From: Asterias rubens
Taxonomy: Eukaryota
Length of the DNA stretch: 64,000 nt
Reading direction: 5' to 3'
Assembly (NCBI RefSeq): GCF_902459465.1
Contig: NC_047063.1
Location: 12,214,001-12,278,000, forward strand
The notes below the pieces were generated by a model. It made no database searches, was not told the DNA's origin, and saw only the letters and a program-made list of their open reading frames with translations. Shown here piece after piece: positions 24,319 through 35,838 of the stretch. The position numbers were made by a program, and so were the translations under genes. Position 1 is the stretch's first letter. Each line of letters begins with the position of its first letter.

Positions 24319-24624
24319 AGCCATTGGACACTTTCGGTAAACAGTATATTATCCAAGGCCCAGACTTTGTGTACCACAACTTATATATAAAATAACAAAC
24401 CTGTGAAAATTTAGACTCAATCGGTCATCGGAGATGGGAGAAAATCTGTATATCTCAATATCGAGAATTGATAACTGTTTTAACATTTTCTCCAAAAGTA
24501 AAGCATTTCAAGGAATAATATTTCAAGAGAAGTTTTTCACCATTACCTTCTGTAAACCCTGTAAGTTATTTGTAAATCTGTGAACTTAAAAAAAAACATT
24601 CTGTTCCGAAAGTGTCCAATGGCT
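24319..24624 (+). mobile_element. MITE family B with an internal deletion
   Basis: TTAA TSDs; shares its right TTAA with the family C element. Confidence 0.9.
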
Positions 24625-24628
24625 TTAA

Positions 24629-25008
24629 AGGAACATTACAGAATTGGTAAGGAAAAAAACTTGTGAAGATCATAGATTCAAAATCAAACTTACACGGTCG
24701 AGTGAAAATCAAACAGAAAACATGATCCCTTGAAATACTTATGTCGGAAATGTCATATGTAATGAGAAATAAATAAAAATAATTTCCCTTGTTAATCGCT
24801 CAGTGAGCGTTTTATTAATTTTGCTTTTTAAATCCATGACATGCAAAATGTGTAGCCAGTTTTTCACTATTTTCCTCGTGACTCAGATGGCTGATCGATC
24901 ACAAACTTCTAAAGGTTTTGTCAGTTCATGTATATGGTGGATTACATAAAGTGCTTACACTGCCAGCAAGCTGTTTCGTTAACAAAAAAACAATTCTGTA
25001 ATGTTCCT
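24629..25008 (+). mobile_element. TTAA MITE family C (TIR AGGAACATTACAGAATTG)
   Basis: TTAA TSDs and TIRs; a stub of its left end also lies at 24259-24314. Confidence 0.85.
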
Positions 25009-25776
25009 TTAAGCGATGGCGGCGACGACTGCCCAAGTCGCAGTCGCAGCAGCAAGCAGCAGCAATTACATTATTAATAACCTCAACCAATCTGAATGTG
25101 TCAGTGTAAACAAGCGGGCACAAGGCTGCATCCTCAAATACTTTAATTGCGGGATTGACTGAAATTGAATTTGTGGGCCCCGGCTTACCGGGTTAAATGA
25201 CTGGGAGTTTTGAATGGAGGCCTTTAAGTGGTTTACACAAAACGCTGATATGTTAATGACGGGGATAGTTTGACTAAGAAACTCTATGATCCTTGTTTGG
25301 GAAATATTGGTGAGTCTGTTTCTAAAATTACTATAAATGAAATGACAACAGTTATAAATCCAGTGAACAATATTTTCCTTGTTTAGCAGAGCAAAATGAT
25401 ACACAGAGTGAGTAAATTGCTACTCAAAAATCAGGATTTGCTACTCAATATCAGCATTCAGTGTGCACAAAATAAGTTCAGTCTAAACTTCTTGCTATGC
25501 AAAATTGCTGGATGAAATCGTCCCCTTAAAACAAAACAAAAACGAGTTATTTTTCTTTATTTATTCTGTATTTATACTGGGTAGAAATCAGCTCAGCATG
25601 AAAGCTGTTTGCCAACATTGGTAAGTTCGTTGCGTTTCCAACATTACTATAAAATGATCAAAATAATAATACCAAAACCTAATTGAAAGGAAAACAATTT
25701 ATTTCAACATGAAAGCTGTTTTCCACTGATGCCTAGTCTTACCACTAAAAACATACAATTGTGTTGTATGTTTTAA

Positions 25777-26154
25777 AGACAGTGGACACTATTGGTAATT
25801 GTCAAAGACTAGCCTTCACAGTTGGTGTATCTCAACATATGCATAAAATAACTAACCTGTGAAAATTTGAGCTCAATCGGTCATCAAAGTTGCGAGATAA
25901 TAATGAAAGAAAAAACACCCTTGTCACACGAAGTTGTGTGCGTTTAGATGGTTGATTTCGAGACCTCAAGTTTTAAATCTGAGGTCTCAAAATCAAATTC
26001 GTGGAAAAATACTTCTTTCTCGAAAACTATGGCACTTCAGAGGGAGCCCTTTCTCACAATGTTTTATACCATCAACCTCTCCCCATTACTCGTCACCAAG
26101 AAAGGTTTTATGCTAATAATTATTTTGAGTAATTACCAATATTGTCCACTGCCT
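25777..26154 (+). mobile_element. MITE family A
   Basis: TTAA TSDs and TIRs. Confidence 0.9.
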
Positions 26155-26953
26155 TTAAAACAATTATAATCTCTGTGCTGTTTTCTTTGAGAATAATAAA
26201 TCTAAAATACCTCAAATATTTTAGGATGAATTTACTGCTTCACCAAGCATTCCGGTCATCTATTCACAAGTATTTTGACAATTTCAGTTGTAAACATATT
26301 CTGCTGACGAATCAGTTAACATAATATCTGGTGAATTTGCATAAACACTGGTTTGAACTGCTTGAAAATCTGCATTATGGCCGGAATTAAATGGGAGATT
26401 TCCATAGTGCTTTAATGTTTGTCCAATGAAAGTGGCCCCTGGAAAATGAAAATGGCCATGCTCTCTCAAAGATGAGATTCCATGCCTGCTTTGAAATTGA
26501 TCTTTTTTTGTGGTGAAACAAATTTTTAATTGTTTATTTAATTCTTTTTCTCAAGTCGATGGGAACTTATTTTGATGGGAGCAATAGCTGATTTTGTGAA
26601 TCTGCGGGGAAAAAAACAATATTCTGGAAGAACTTCCATGAAAGATCCTCGGGACTACTACAAACCAGGACCTGTACCTCAAATAAACCGATACAAAAAC
26701 AGAGAGTAGGTTAATTTGATAAATAAAAAAAGAAGCAGAGAAGCAGAGAGGGTTTAAAAGAAATGTTCGATTGGCACTCACGACCATCACTCGATTGCAT
26801 CTTCACTGCCAATTGATTTTTTGATATATACATGTAAGCAGATGAATTTGAAATAACCTCTGTCGTCTAAAGACCGTGACTCTGACTCTCCTTCTCTTTT
26901 CTTCCGCTTGTCTTGAACCCTTTGGGACCTTTTTTTCTCCCTATGTTTCACAG

Positions 26954-27019
26954 TTTCCTCCATTCCGAGCCCAATCAAGTGTTGTCTTGAAGAGAAATGC
27001 AAGTTGTGCAGTTTTGCAC
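26954..27019 (+). CDS. Candidate 66-nt symmetric phase-1 exon compatible with the Cav1 frame (xSSIPSPIKCCLEEKCKLCSFA)
   Basis: Acceptor ttttttctccctatgtttcacag and donor GCAC|GTAAGT; open in the frame needed to join 49672. No homology recognised. Confidence 0.3.
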
Positions 27020-29829
27020 GTAAGTACAGGTGGAATACGCTGTCACAACGGACACTGTATCGTATAGCAATGATCACACACTAGGCTCTGCGATAAACAC
27101 AGGTGAAATGGATCCGGCTGGATTGCTCCAACATTTCAAACCATTTGGGCTGGATCAAAAACTAAATACAACTGTGTCAGGCAGGGACTGAAGTTAGATT
27201 GTATGTGTTTGTGGTTTGTGGGGGAAAAAGTGGTCACGTGTTCTTAGTGCTTAGGTCTAACAGATAGATGTGGTAATTTTCTTTTGTATGGCTTCGAAAC
27301 TGTGGGTTGTTTTGTTTGCCTGGACTTTTATCTGACAAAATTGTCTTATTATTCAATGAATTTGAAATATAGAAATTATACTCCGTTATATGTTACATGC
27401 TGATGAGATTAACAATTATTTTTGTGAAATTGTTTTTGATATTTCTCAAATACTACAGCACCTCAGCAAGTAATATTTTAAATCTGTGAATATTGTGTTT
27501 TGTGTCGTACAATAAGTACCTAAAGACTTTAAAAAACATTTGTGGAAAGCTTCAAGATAAATTGTCTTGAACTTTTGAAAATACAGTTGGGGGATGCTTT
27601 CTCAGGCATGATACTTCAGGGAGGCAACGAAGGCGATTGGCTCCATGCCCCCTGGTCATTGCCTTGGTGTCCTTGAAATGATACAGTAGAAATTTACAAT
27701 TTCCTCATAGGGGCCCTTTACTAAGTTAAAAATGCCTTGGTGCCTTTGCTTTTTTTTTAAACGAAGCATACAGGCCTGCTCTCTGTTTCCCTCCCTATGT
27801 GTAAGAACAAGGGTTTAGAACGTGATTCAACTCTTAAGGAAGTGTCAACGCCTGAGGAGGATAAGATAAGATATCTTACGAGTTGATCCCTCAGGAGGAT
27901 TAGATGAGCAACCATGATAATATCGTGGCTAAATGAAGACTGACCAGTGTTGACCTGAATTCAACTACACCGAGCTACGCAGGCATCACATTGCATTTTT
28001 GCTTAAACATAAGACAACATGTGGGCAGCCAGAGAGACAGAGCTATAAACGTAATATTCAATCAATTTCAATTTAAGTAGACAAATTTAATCCAACCAGG
28101 GCCTTTGTGTGTGGGTATACAGTTTCTGATTTTTTTTTTTTTGTCAATTAATTGAAACCGAAGAAAGATATTAAATCATAGAAAGGAAGAACAGCTTTCA
28201 AAGTGTACGGGTCACTTTTAGGAACATATGTGTATTGGGAGAATATACAGAAGAAAACCAGATGACGACTTGCTGCTTCCTAATTAAGCAGTGTGAAGAT
28301 AGTGTTACTTAGTGGTCAAACGAAAAAAATTGTTTGTCCATGAAAAAGATTTCCGTTAAATCCACAGGGTATGAGCGGAGAGTAGACTTTGTAGATATCA
28401 ATTTCTTGAGGGAGAGCGTACACTTAGGTTTCGAACAATCTTGATTTCAGATTGAATTTGTTAAAAAGGTTTGTTCAAATGGAGGCTTTTTGGAAAGGTT
28501 AATTGATTGTTGTTGCAGTTTGTCCCTACAATTGCTGCTATTTAAGAAACAAACAGTATTAACTTTGTGTATAAAAAAAATAAGAACAGATAAATAATTG
28601 GATTAAACAAATGAATTGTTCAAGTTATTAATTTATTGACAAGAACTAACTCAATAACTCTCTCTTAAATGGGTTCTTGTTTAAACCCTCTCTAAGGTCA
28701 GAATGAAATTGTTTGAGATGACAGTTTTGAATTACCATCATTTTTTTGTGTAGCATATTTTACAGTAAAGGTTCGCTTCTTTCTTGACTCTGTTTAAATT
28801 TAATGCGAACTAAAGCACCTTTTTTAAGTTTGCATAAATACAGCCAGTGTTATTTGCAAAGGTTTGACAAACTCTTCAGGTTTTTTTTCCCCTTACAGTT
28901 TTAAATATTAACTATCTTACTTTACCCCAACGCCACGTAGGCAAGATTTTTGCTCGGCCCAATAAACTAGGCTAATAAGAGGAACACAATGACTTTCAGA
29001 GTCACCACAAGAAGATGTCTAGATAAGATGGAGGACCATGATAAGATCTAGCTAGGATCATGTATCACACATTTCGGCAGGTGCAGATGTTTAATATCAA
29101 TCAGGTTTCTGACAACATGTACCCGACGTTCATTACAGTAGTGTACGTTGCCTCTCAGCTTGGTTAAAGCCATCTTGTACAATTACACGATAGAAATCAC
29201 TTTTTTTTTTTCCATCTCCATTTTTTACCCTTCTTTTTTGGCCGACCAACACTAGCTCTGAGTGCTGCACTTAAAAACAGGTAGCAACGGATGCGTCAAA
29301 ACTCACAGAACTCTTAGCCAAACGTCATTAGGTTTTAATCAAATAGTACAGGCGACGGCCGTTAGCCCATGCAGAGATTGACTGTATGAGACATGCCAAT
29401 GCATTGATGTGGCTGGGCTGGGTGCCCGGAACGCTCAAGCAAGAAGCTTTAATTAACGGAGCGATGGTCAAGAAGAGGTGCCACGCTGCCTGGTTGAGCG
29501 AGGGCAGGGAGTGGGGGGGGGGAGAAATCTTTATGACTGTAAGAGAGAATTATTCATAAAGAGCCCAAGATAAGGTTTTTTTTTAATGTTAGCTACAAGG
29601 ATCAAAAAAGCAGTTGCACTCTGCTGTGTATTGTCTGCATACATGTAGATAACTAAGCAATGATGACTTAGCAATTACAACTGAGCAAAGCAATAACTAA
29701 GCAATGATAACTAAGAAATGAAAATAATAACCACTTTTTATATAGCGCTTTTCACACCCGAGGGCTTCTTAAAGTAATGGTTCTAAGCAATGACAACTAT
29801 GCATTGACAACTAAATATTTAGCAATTAA

Positions 29830-30187
29830 AGCAATTGGACACTTTCGGTAAACAGTATTGTCCAAGGCCCACACTTCGTGTATCACAACTTCTATATAAA
29901 ATAACAAACCTGTGAAAATTTAGGCTCAATCGGTCATTGGATTCGGGAGAAAATAACGGGAAAACCCACCCTTGTTTCTGCACGTTTCCTCGTGTCATGA
30001 CATGTGTTCAAAATAAATTCGTAATTCTCGCTATCGAGAATTGATATTGTTGTTATGTTTTCTCAAAAAATAAAGCATTTCATGGAATAATATTTCAAGA
30101 GAAGTCTTTCACCATTACCTTCTGTAAACCCTGTAAGTTATTTGTAAATTTGTGAACTTTTTTTTTTGGTACCAAAAGTTGCTAAGC
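29830..30187 (+). mobile_element. MITE family B inside an (AACTAAGCAATGAT)n-like minisatellite
   Basis: Left TIR clear, right TIR degenerate. Confidence 0.8.
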
Positions 30188-30282
30188 ATTGATAAACTAC
30201 ATAAAACCAATACTAACTACATGTACAATGTATAACCAGTAATAATTTTGAGTGGTTTTATGTTCTAAGACTAACCGATGGG

Positions 30283-30319
30283 CTCAACGTTTCTGAGAGT
30301 ATATGCTGTCTGTCATCAG
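30283..30319 (-). ncRNA. Degenerate hammerhead relic (Penelope-like)
   Basis: Minus strand: CTGATGA-cagacagcatatactctca-GAAAC-GTT-gag. Core intact, stems decayed. Confidence 0.4.
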
Positions 30320-30349
30320 ATGTTTTGCCCTCTGGCTCAATTTGGAATC

Positions 30350-30495
30350 ATTGTTGTGGGTTCGAATCCCACCTGGGTTATATGTCTGTGAATTTTGTTC
30401 ACATAACTCAGAAAGTACTGAGTACACAGTGCTTACACACATCTGTGTATGGGTAAAATATAATATTCTTTATCCCTGATGCAAATTTAACATCT
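30350..30495 (+). mobile_element. SINE-like repeat (B box plus gaaagtactgagta...tttatccctgatgcaaattt); second copy at about 1150-1305
   Basis: Two dispersed homologous copies. Confidence 0.65.
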
Positions 30496-33338
30496 TTTAT
30501 CAATTGTTATAATTAGAATGTCAGAAACCATAAACATTTCCAAAGATTATAACACACAAGAAAACGCACACACACTCTTTATAAAGTTAATTCTTGTAAA
30601 ACTATCTTGGATGGTATTTTATTTTATAGTTTTTATATGTTGCCACCCACCCAAAAAATTAAGGAAAGTGCCCCTTAACAAATATTTCAGTTTAACACAA
30701 TGTTGTAAAGCGTATCTTTCCTCAATAAGGCACAACCCAATTCCAGTAATGCACTTTAAGGGGGCATTTAAAATCAATAAAGCCCAATCACCAAAGTAAC
30801 GCAATTATCCAATGTGTAAATTCCATGCAGAGAAAAAAAAAATGAATAAAAAAATAGAGAACGGCTGTGACAGTCATCCAGCGTGGCTGCCATCCCGGTG
30901 GCAGCCTGCGGAGATAAATGCATTTTTCTAAAATGAAAACCTTTCTCCGAGACGACAACACAATTATGTTGTTCAACAGGCCCCCCTGGTCACCAGGCAT
31001 TAAAATTCATTGGCAAAGCATCGTCAAATGGAATCAGCACTGCCTCGGTCTATTCCTATTATCTCTTGCCCCACTTTTGTACTTGTCAATGTTTATGAAT
31101 GATTTTGTGAATAATAATCAAGGGCAATTTTGAATACTTGGGAATGAAAAAATGAACAAATAATTTCATAGATAGTCAACGTCAAGTTATACTAATTTTA
31201 TGCTCTATTATCTGTTTTCACTCGACTGCTTTTGTTACACCATTATGCCTGTTTACATTTGTTGTGCTGTCATTCAATAATCTTTGAGAAAGATTCTGCC
31301 AGTAGATTCGATACCTCAGGCCACTTACTTATTTTTTGCACAAAATTAAGCTGATAAATTTTTTTCATTTGAGTGAAAAGTCTGTAATTATGTTTTCGTT
31401 TCAAATGAAGTATGGATTAAAAGGACTGGCCTAATAAAAAAAATTAATGCCATCCGACACACAACTTGGCTACTTTACGATTTTGCTAATTGGACATTCA
31501 TTAATTCTTAGAGATCAACCCTAGACATGTCTGTTGAGTCCAAGTGCATAATACATGTAAGCCACATAACTGACAGAACAGTCATAAACATGGAGTACAA
31601 GCAACAGCTCCTCATCAGCAGGTCCAATACTTCACAAAAGCAACTAAGGCCACTGCCTCCATGCCCCCTGGTCATTGCCTTCATGCCCTTGAAATGCTAC
31701 AGTAGAAATTTACAATTTACCAAAAGAAAATGCCTTGGTGCCCTTGCCCTTTCAAAAACGAAGCATCCAGGCCTGCCTCATTTTGACTCAAACAGAGCAT
31801 TACGATGCCACAGACCTGCCAACAATCCCTAGCCAACATCCCTAAGGTGGGAGCAGACCCCCTCCAAGTCATTACATTTGAATTGAGTTACTTTGTATTC
31901 TGCTTAAAATCTCTCGTCCGAATCCGCCGTCCGAATGACTTCTCCAAAAGTGAGATCCAAAATTGTGATGATAAAAGACATCCTGTCACTAATGTTACGT
32001 CGGATTCCTCCCCGAAAGTTCAAATGGAAATGTCATCTAAATGTCGAGGATTCTGTCTTACCTATCAAATTTGTCTACAATTAATCAACTCGTCCGTATA
32101 CGGGGGTGGGCTGATATTATAGACTCTGTCGCCGAGCCGTTTTTTTTTTTTCTTTTTTCCCTCTCTTTCTTCATAAATACTCGGCGACAGATTTAGTGCA
32201 TGCAGGTGATGATCTATCCGAAGCAATTGAGTTGTCATCATTTTGAGATGGATCCCATTGCAATCTCTTGACATTCATTTGTTCCTTTCATCACTGATGA
32301 TATCCATCTCCTTGTGTTCCTACAATCCTTATCATCCTCCCTCCCTCAACACATCTCACTCTCTCATTGACTTAAAAGGTCTAGATTCACCATTGCCTAC
32401 AAAGAGGAACAAGGTTGTTGGGGGTTTCTTTTTTTAGGGGAGGGCAAAGAATGATCTTAAAGTTGAGTCATTAACCTTTCTCGAGACATCCTTTCTCACA
32501 TCTATGTTCCTCTCTGTATCAATCAAACAAAGTGAGGAAGTAGCAGGTCTGGAATTTCATCAAAGAGAGGGCAGTGCCATTTTCAAATTATGATACAAAA
32601 GTTGGCGCATTAACCTTTCTTGAGAGGGAAAGGCCATTTTCATATATGATATAAAAGTTTACTTGATAACCTTTCTTGAGGCACAAATATTGTTCTCTCC
32701 GTATCAATAAAACAAAGCGAGGAGGCAGCAGGCATGATATTTCATCTTCCAGAGGGCAAGGGCAAAGGGCACTTCCCCTGAAAAAATTTACAGTCTATGG
32801 AAAACTTTGAAGGGGCACCGAGGCCAAGGCAAGGGTAACAGATGCCATGGCCTCCATTTCTCTTAAAGAATAAATACAATTCAGTTGGATACTCAATAGT
32901 AGAACAAATAACATTGTTTGCTAACGATTTAATTTTTTTCTGAGCAAATAATAATCAACAGTTCTTTTTGTTTTTTTAATAGTGTAAAGAACTTTGCACT
33001 AAAAAGAAAATCAATTAAAAGACCCCAGCCGTTTGGTATTAGGTACTTTTTTCTCAATTGAAGACTGACTTTTAAAGAAGAGGTCAAGAACAACGATTAC
33101 ATCTTCATCTCCATGACAATCAGGCCATGTCACACATGCGAAATAAACCCAAACGCAGTCCAGAAATATCCAGCAAATTTCATTGCTATCGATGTCCTCG
33201 AGGTAATAAAATAAAAAAAAATCCTCAATTTAAAACCTTGGCAGATTATACCTGTATGTAAAATGTATATGGGACATGGACTCACTGTTGCAGTGGACAC
33301 TTCCATAGACACTGATATTAGACATTGTAAATGTATTC

Positions 33339-33514
33339 CAGGGCTGTATGCTTCGTTTTTGAAAGGACAAGGGCATCAAGGCATTTTCTTCTTGGTAAAG
33401 GGCACCCTATGATGAAATTGCAAATTTGTACTGGAGCATTTCAAGGGCACCAAGGCAATGACCAGGGGACACGGAGGCAATCGCCTTCGTTGTCTCCGTG
33501 AAGTATCAGGCCTG
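33339..33514 (+). mobile_element. MITE family F (CAGGCCTG termini, possibly hAT-like); other copies at about 18339-18510, 27603-27778 and 31640-31775
   Basis: cagggctgtatgcttc ... gaagtatcaggcctg. Copies occur in both orientations; TSD not resolved. Confidence 0.75.
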
Positions 33515-34020
33515 ATAGTATTCTACACCTGTAGTATGAATAAATTGCCGAACCACTAAAAAGATCATTTTCGGCCGATACATTACATCAGGGTTCAGTC
33601 CTGCATAATACTTTCAAGTAAAAGATGCTACCGGTTAGTAAACATTTACTGCTCAACTAGCACTGTGGGCAACTAAAAAATGTGCAACCTAGATGTTTAA
33701 AATGCTCAAAATATTTCTTCTTTTTCAGTTGTGAATAATAGATTTTTAAAGTGTGCTCATTTTTTAGCAAGGCACTTTAACGCAATATTTGTTAACCAAG
33801 GTGATTATTGGGAACCTGCAAGGGTTGATACAGTTTTGTGTTGGATTAATCCCCAAGATTTGTTTTTGAGTGTTGTGAATATAACTTCATTTGACAATTT
33901 AACTGGTTGTGATTACTACCATCAGACAGATGACAATGCATAACATGTTTGAAATCTGGGTTACTTAAATTCCTGGGGGCCGAGTGACATGCAGTTGTAC
34001 TAGCCTAATACACCACTTAA

Positions 34021-34293
34021 AATAAAAAAATAATAGTGGCTTCTTATATAGCGCATTTGTCACTTAGTGACGCTCCTGGTGCTGTATCATACAATATTTC
34101 CTGCAAGATGTGGGACTACGTTTGAATTACGAGGCCTAATCCTTTGCATAGCACCATGTAATGTTTTCACAAGTTGCGTGGTGCAATTTGCTGCTAACCA
34201 CACCGGGGCGAGCCCCTTCTCTTTTCGATAAGTGCACTGGGTTCTTTTACATGTGTTACACAATACATGGGACCAACGGCTTTACGTCCCATC
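34021..34293 (-). mobile_element. 5'-truncated SINE of the same family retaining the Deu-like domain
   Basis: Minus strand gatgggacgtaaagccgttggtccc...gtaaaagaacccagtgcacttatcgaaaagagaagggg resembles the AmnSINE1 Deu domain as recalled. Confidence 0.7.
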
Positions 34294-35460
34294 TATCTTG
34301 ACTAGGGGTGTACATGTATACAATGTACTTGTATCAATTTGAGCTGAAGTGAATACTGTACTTCAGAGCTTAGCAAGATGACAAATCTTCATCCACACAT
34401 AAACATATTTTTATGGCAAGTATATATATTAAACAAAAAAATATTTATAAAATCAGCCTACGGTCAAGTCTGCCTGTGGCTACAGCTTCATAAAGTCTTT
34501 TTGAACATGCATTGAAGCATAGGATGCCCATAGCAACAACCTTAGCCATAGCCGTACAGTCCGACACAGCCTAATGTAATGTATACAATTTAACAAAATT
34601 ACTTTGTCTATTAATTTAAAACATTTCTTTGTCCATTTTCAACCATTAGCATGTTCAGGTGATGTGCCTTAAAGAGTGGCAGCTGAATTTTAATGAAACA
34701 AACCTGCCAAAAAGTTCACTGTACTTTGGGTACAATCAACCAATCAATGGAATTACCTGTGTATGACTGAACAAAAATGACTGGTTGTGTGATATGTTTG
34801 TTTCACAGAGTGCACTTGAAAATGTTGACATAAACCTGAACGGCCTCGGGTCTTTTTTTTAGCAATGTCCTTTCTCTGTGATTCACACATCCATTTACCT
34901 TTTAGCGAAAAAAAAACTACAATATGAAAAAGGAAAAAAACAGTAAGAAATATGTAGTGTCTGTTTAGTACATATTATTAACATGCCTAACATAGTGATT
35001 TGGTACAAGTCTCCGTTCCAGAAGTTTTTAGGAAATTTGCTGATATGCAAGGAGGGGCAGATCTTCCCAAAGGTGCAGCTAATGCAATGACACATGCAGA
35101 TAAGGCTGTAGGCTTCATTCAAGAAGTTATTGAGATATTTTCTATCACTATACTTGATGAAAGGGCACAGGATTCAAGCTAGCCTATAGGGCCGATACAA
35201 ATTGCAGGCGAATACCTTGTGGTTTATTTTTTGATAAAAGAAAAAATAAATAAAAACAAGGCTTTCTGTTGTATTTGCATATACTTTTTTTGCATACTTT
35301 TTTTCAGAAAGAAAAACCCCACAAAAAGTGCCACGGCTGAACTTGTAAAAAAAACATTGCCCCAAATTACCCGCAGTTTTGAAGAAAAAAAGAAAGAAAA
35401 AAAAAAACATACAGTAGAACCTTAGGGCAGCTGCAAAAAGTACCGCTTAAACATTATTAA

Positions 35461-35838
35461 AGGGTTGGGGTACTTTTTGTACTTGCACAAAACACAAACC
35501 TCCACAGATTTACATAAAACTTACACCGTTTAAAGATATGATGGTAGAAAGCTTCCCTTAAAATATTACTTGCTGAGATGCTGTAGTTTTTGAGAAATGA
35601 GTAAAACAATTTCACCAAAAATATGTTTGTCTCATAATACAAACATTATTTTAGTAATGTACAACGACTTTACATGATTCTCACGTTTTTCCCCCCCAAA
35701 ACGTCCTCCAATTTTTCCCCCAAAAAACGTCATGACTTGAGAAGCTAAAACTGCTACAGATAATTTTGTTTACATACATCTTCATTCACAGTGAGTAGGG
35801 ATGGCCAAAAACATGACCAACAAAAGGTATCAAAACCT
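35461..35838 (+). mobile_element. MITE family D
   Basis: TTAA TSDs; agggttggggtac ... ggtatcaaaacct ends. Confidence 0.8.
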
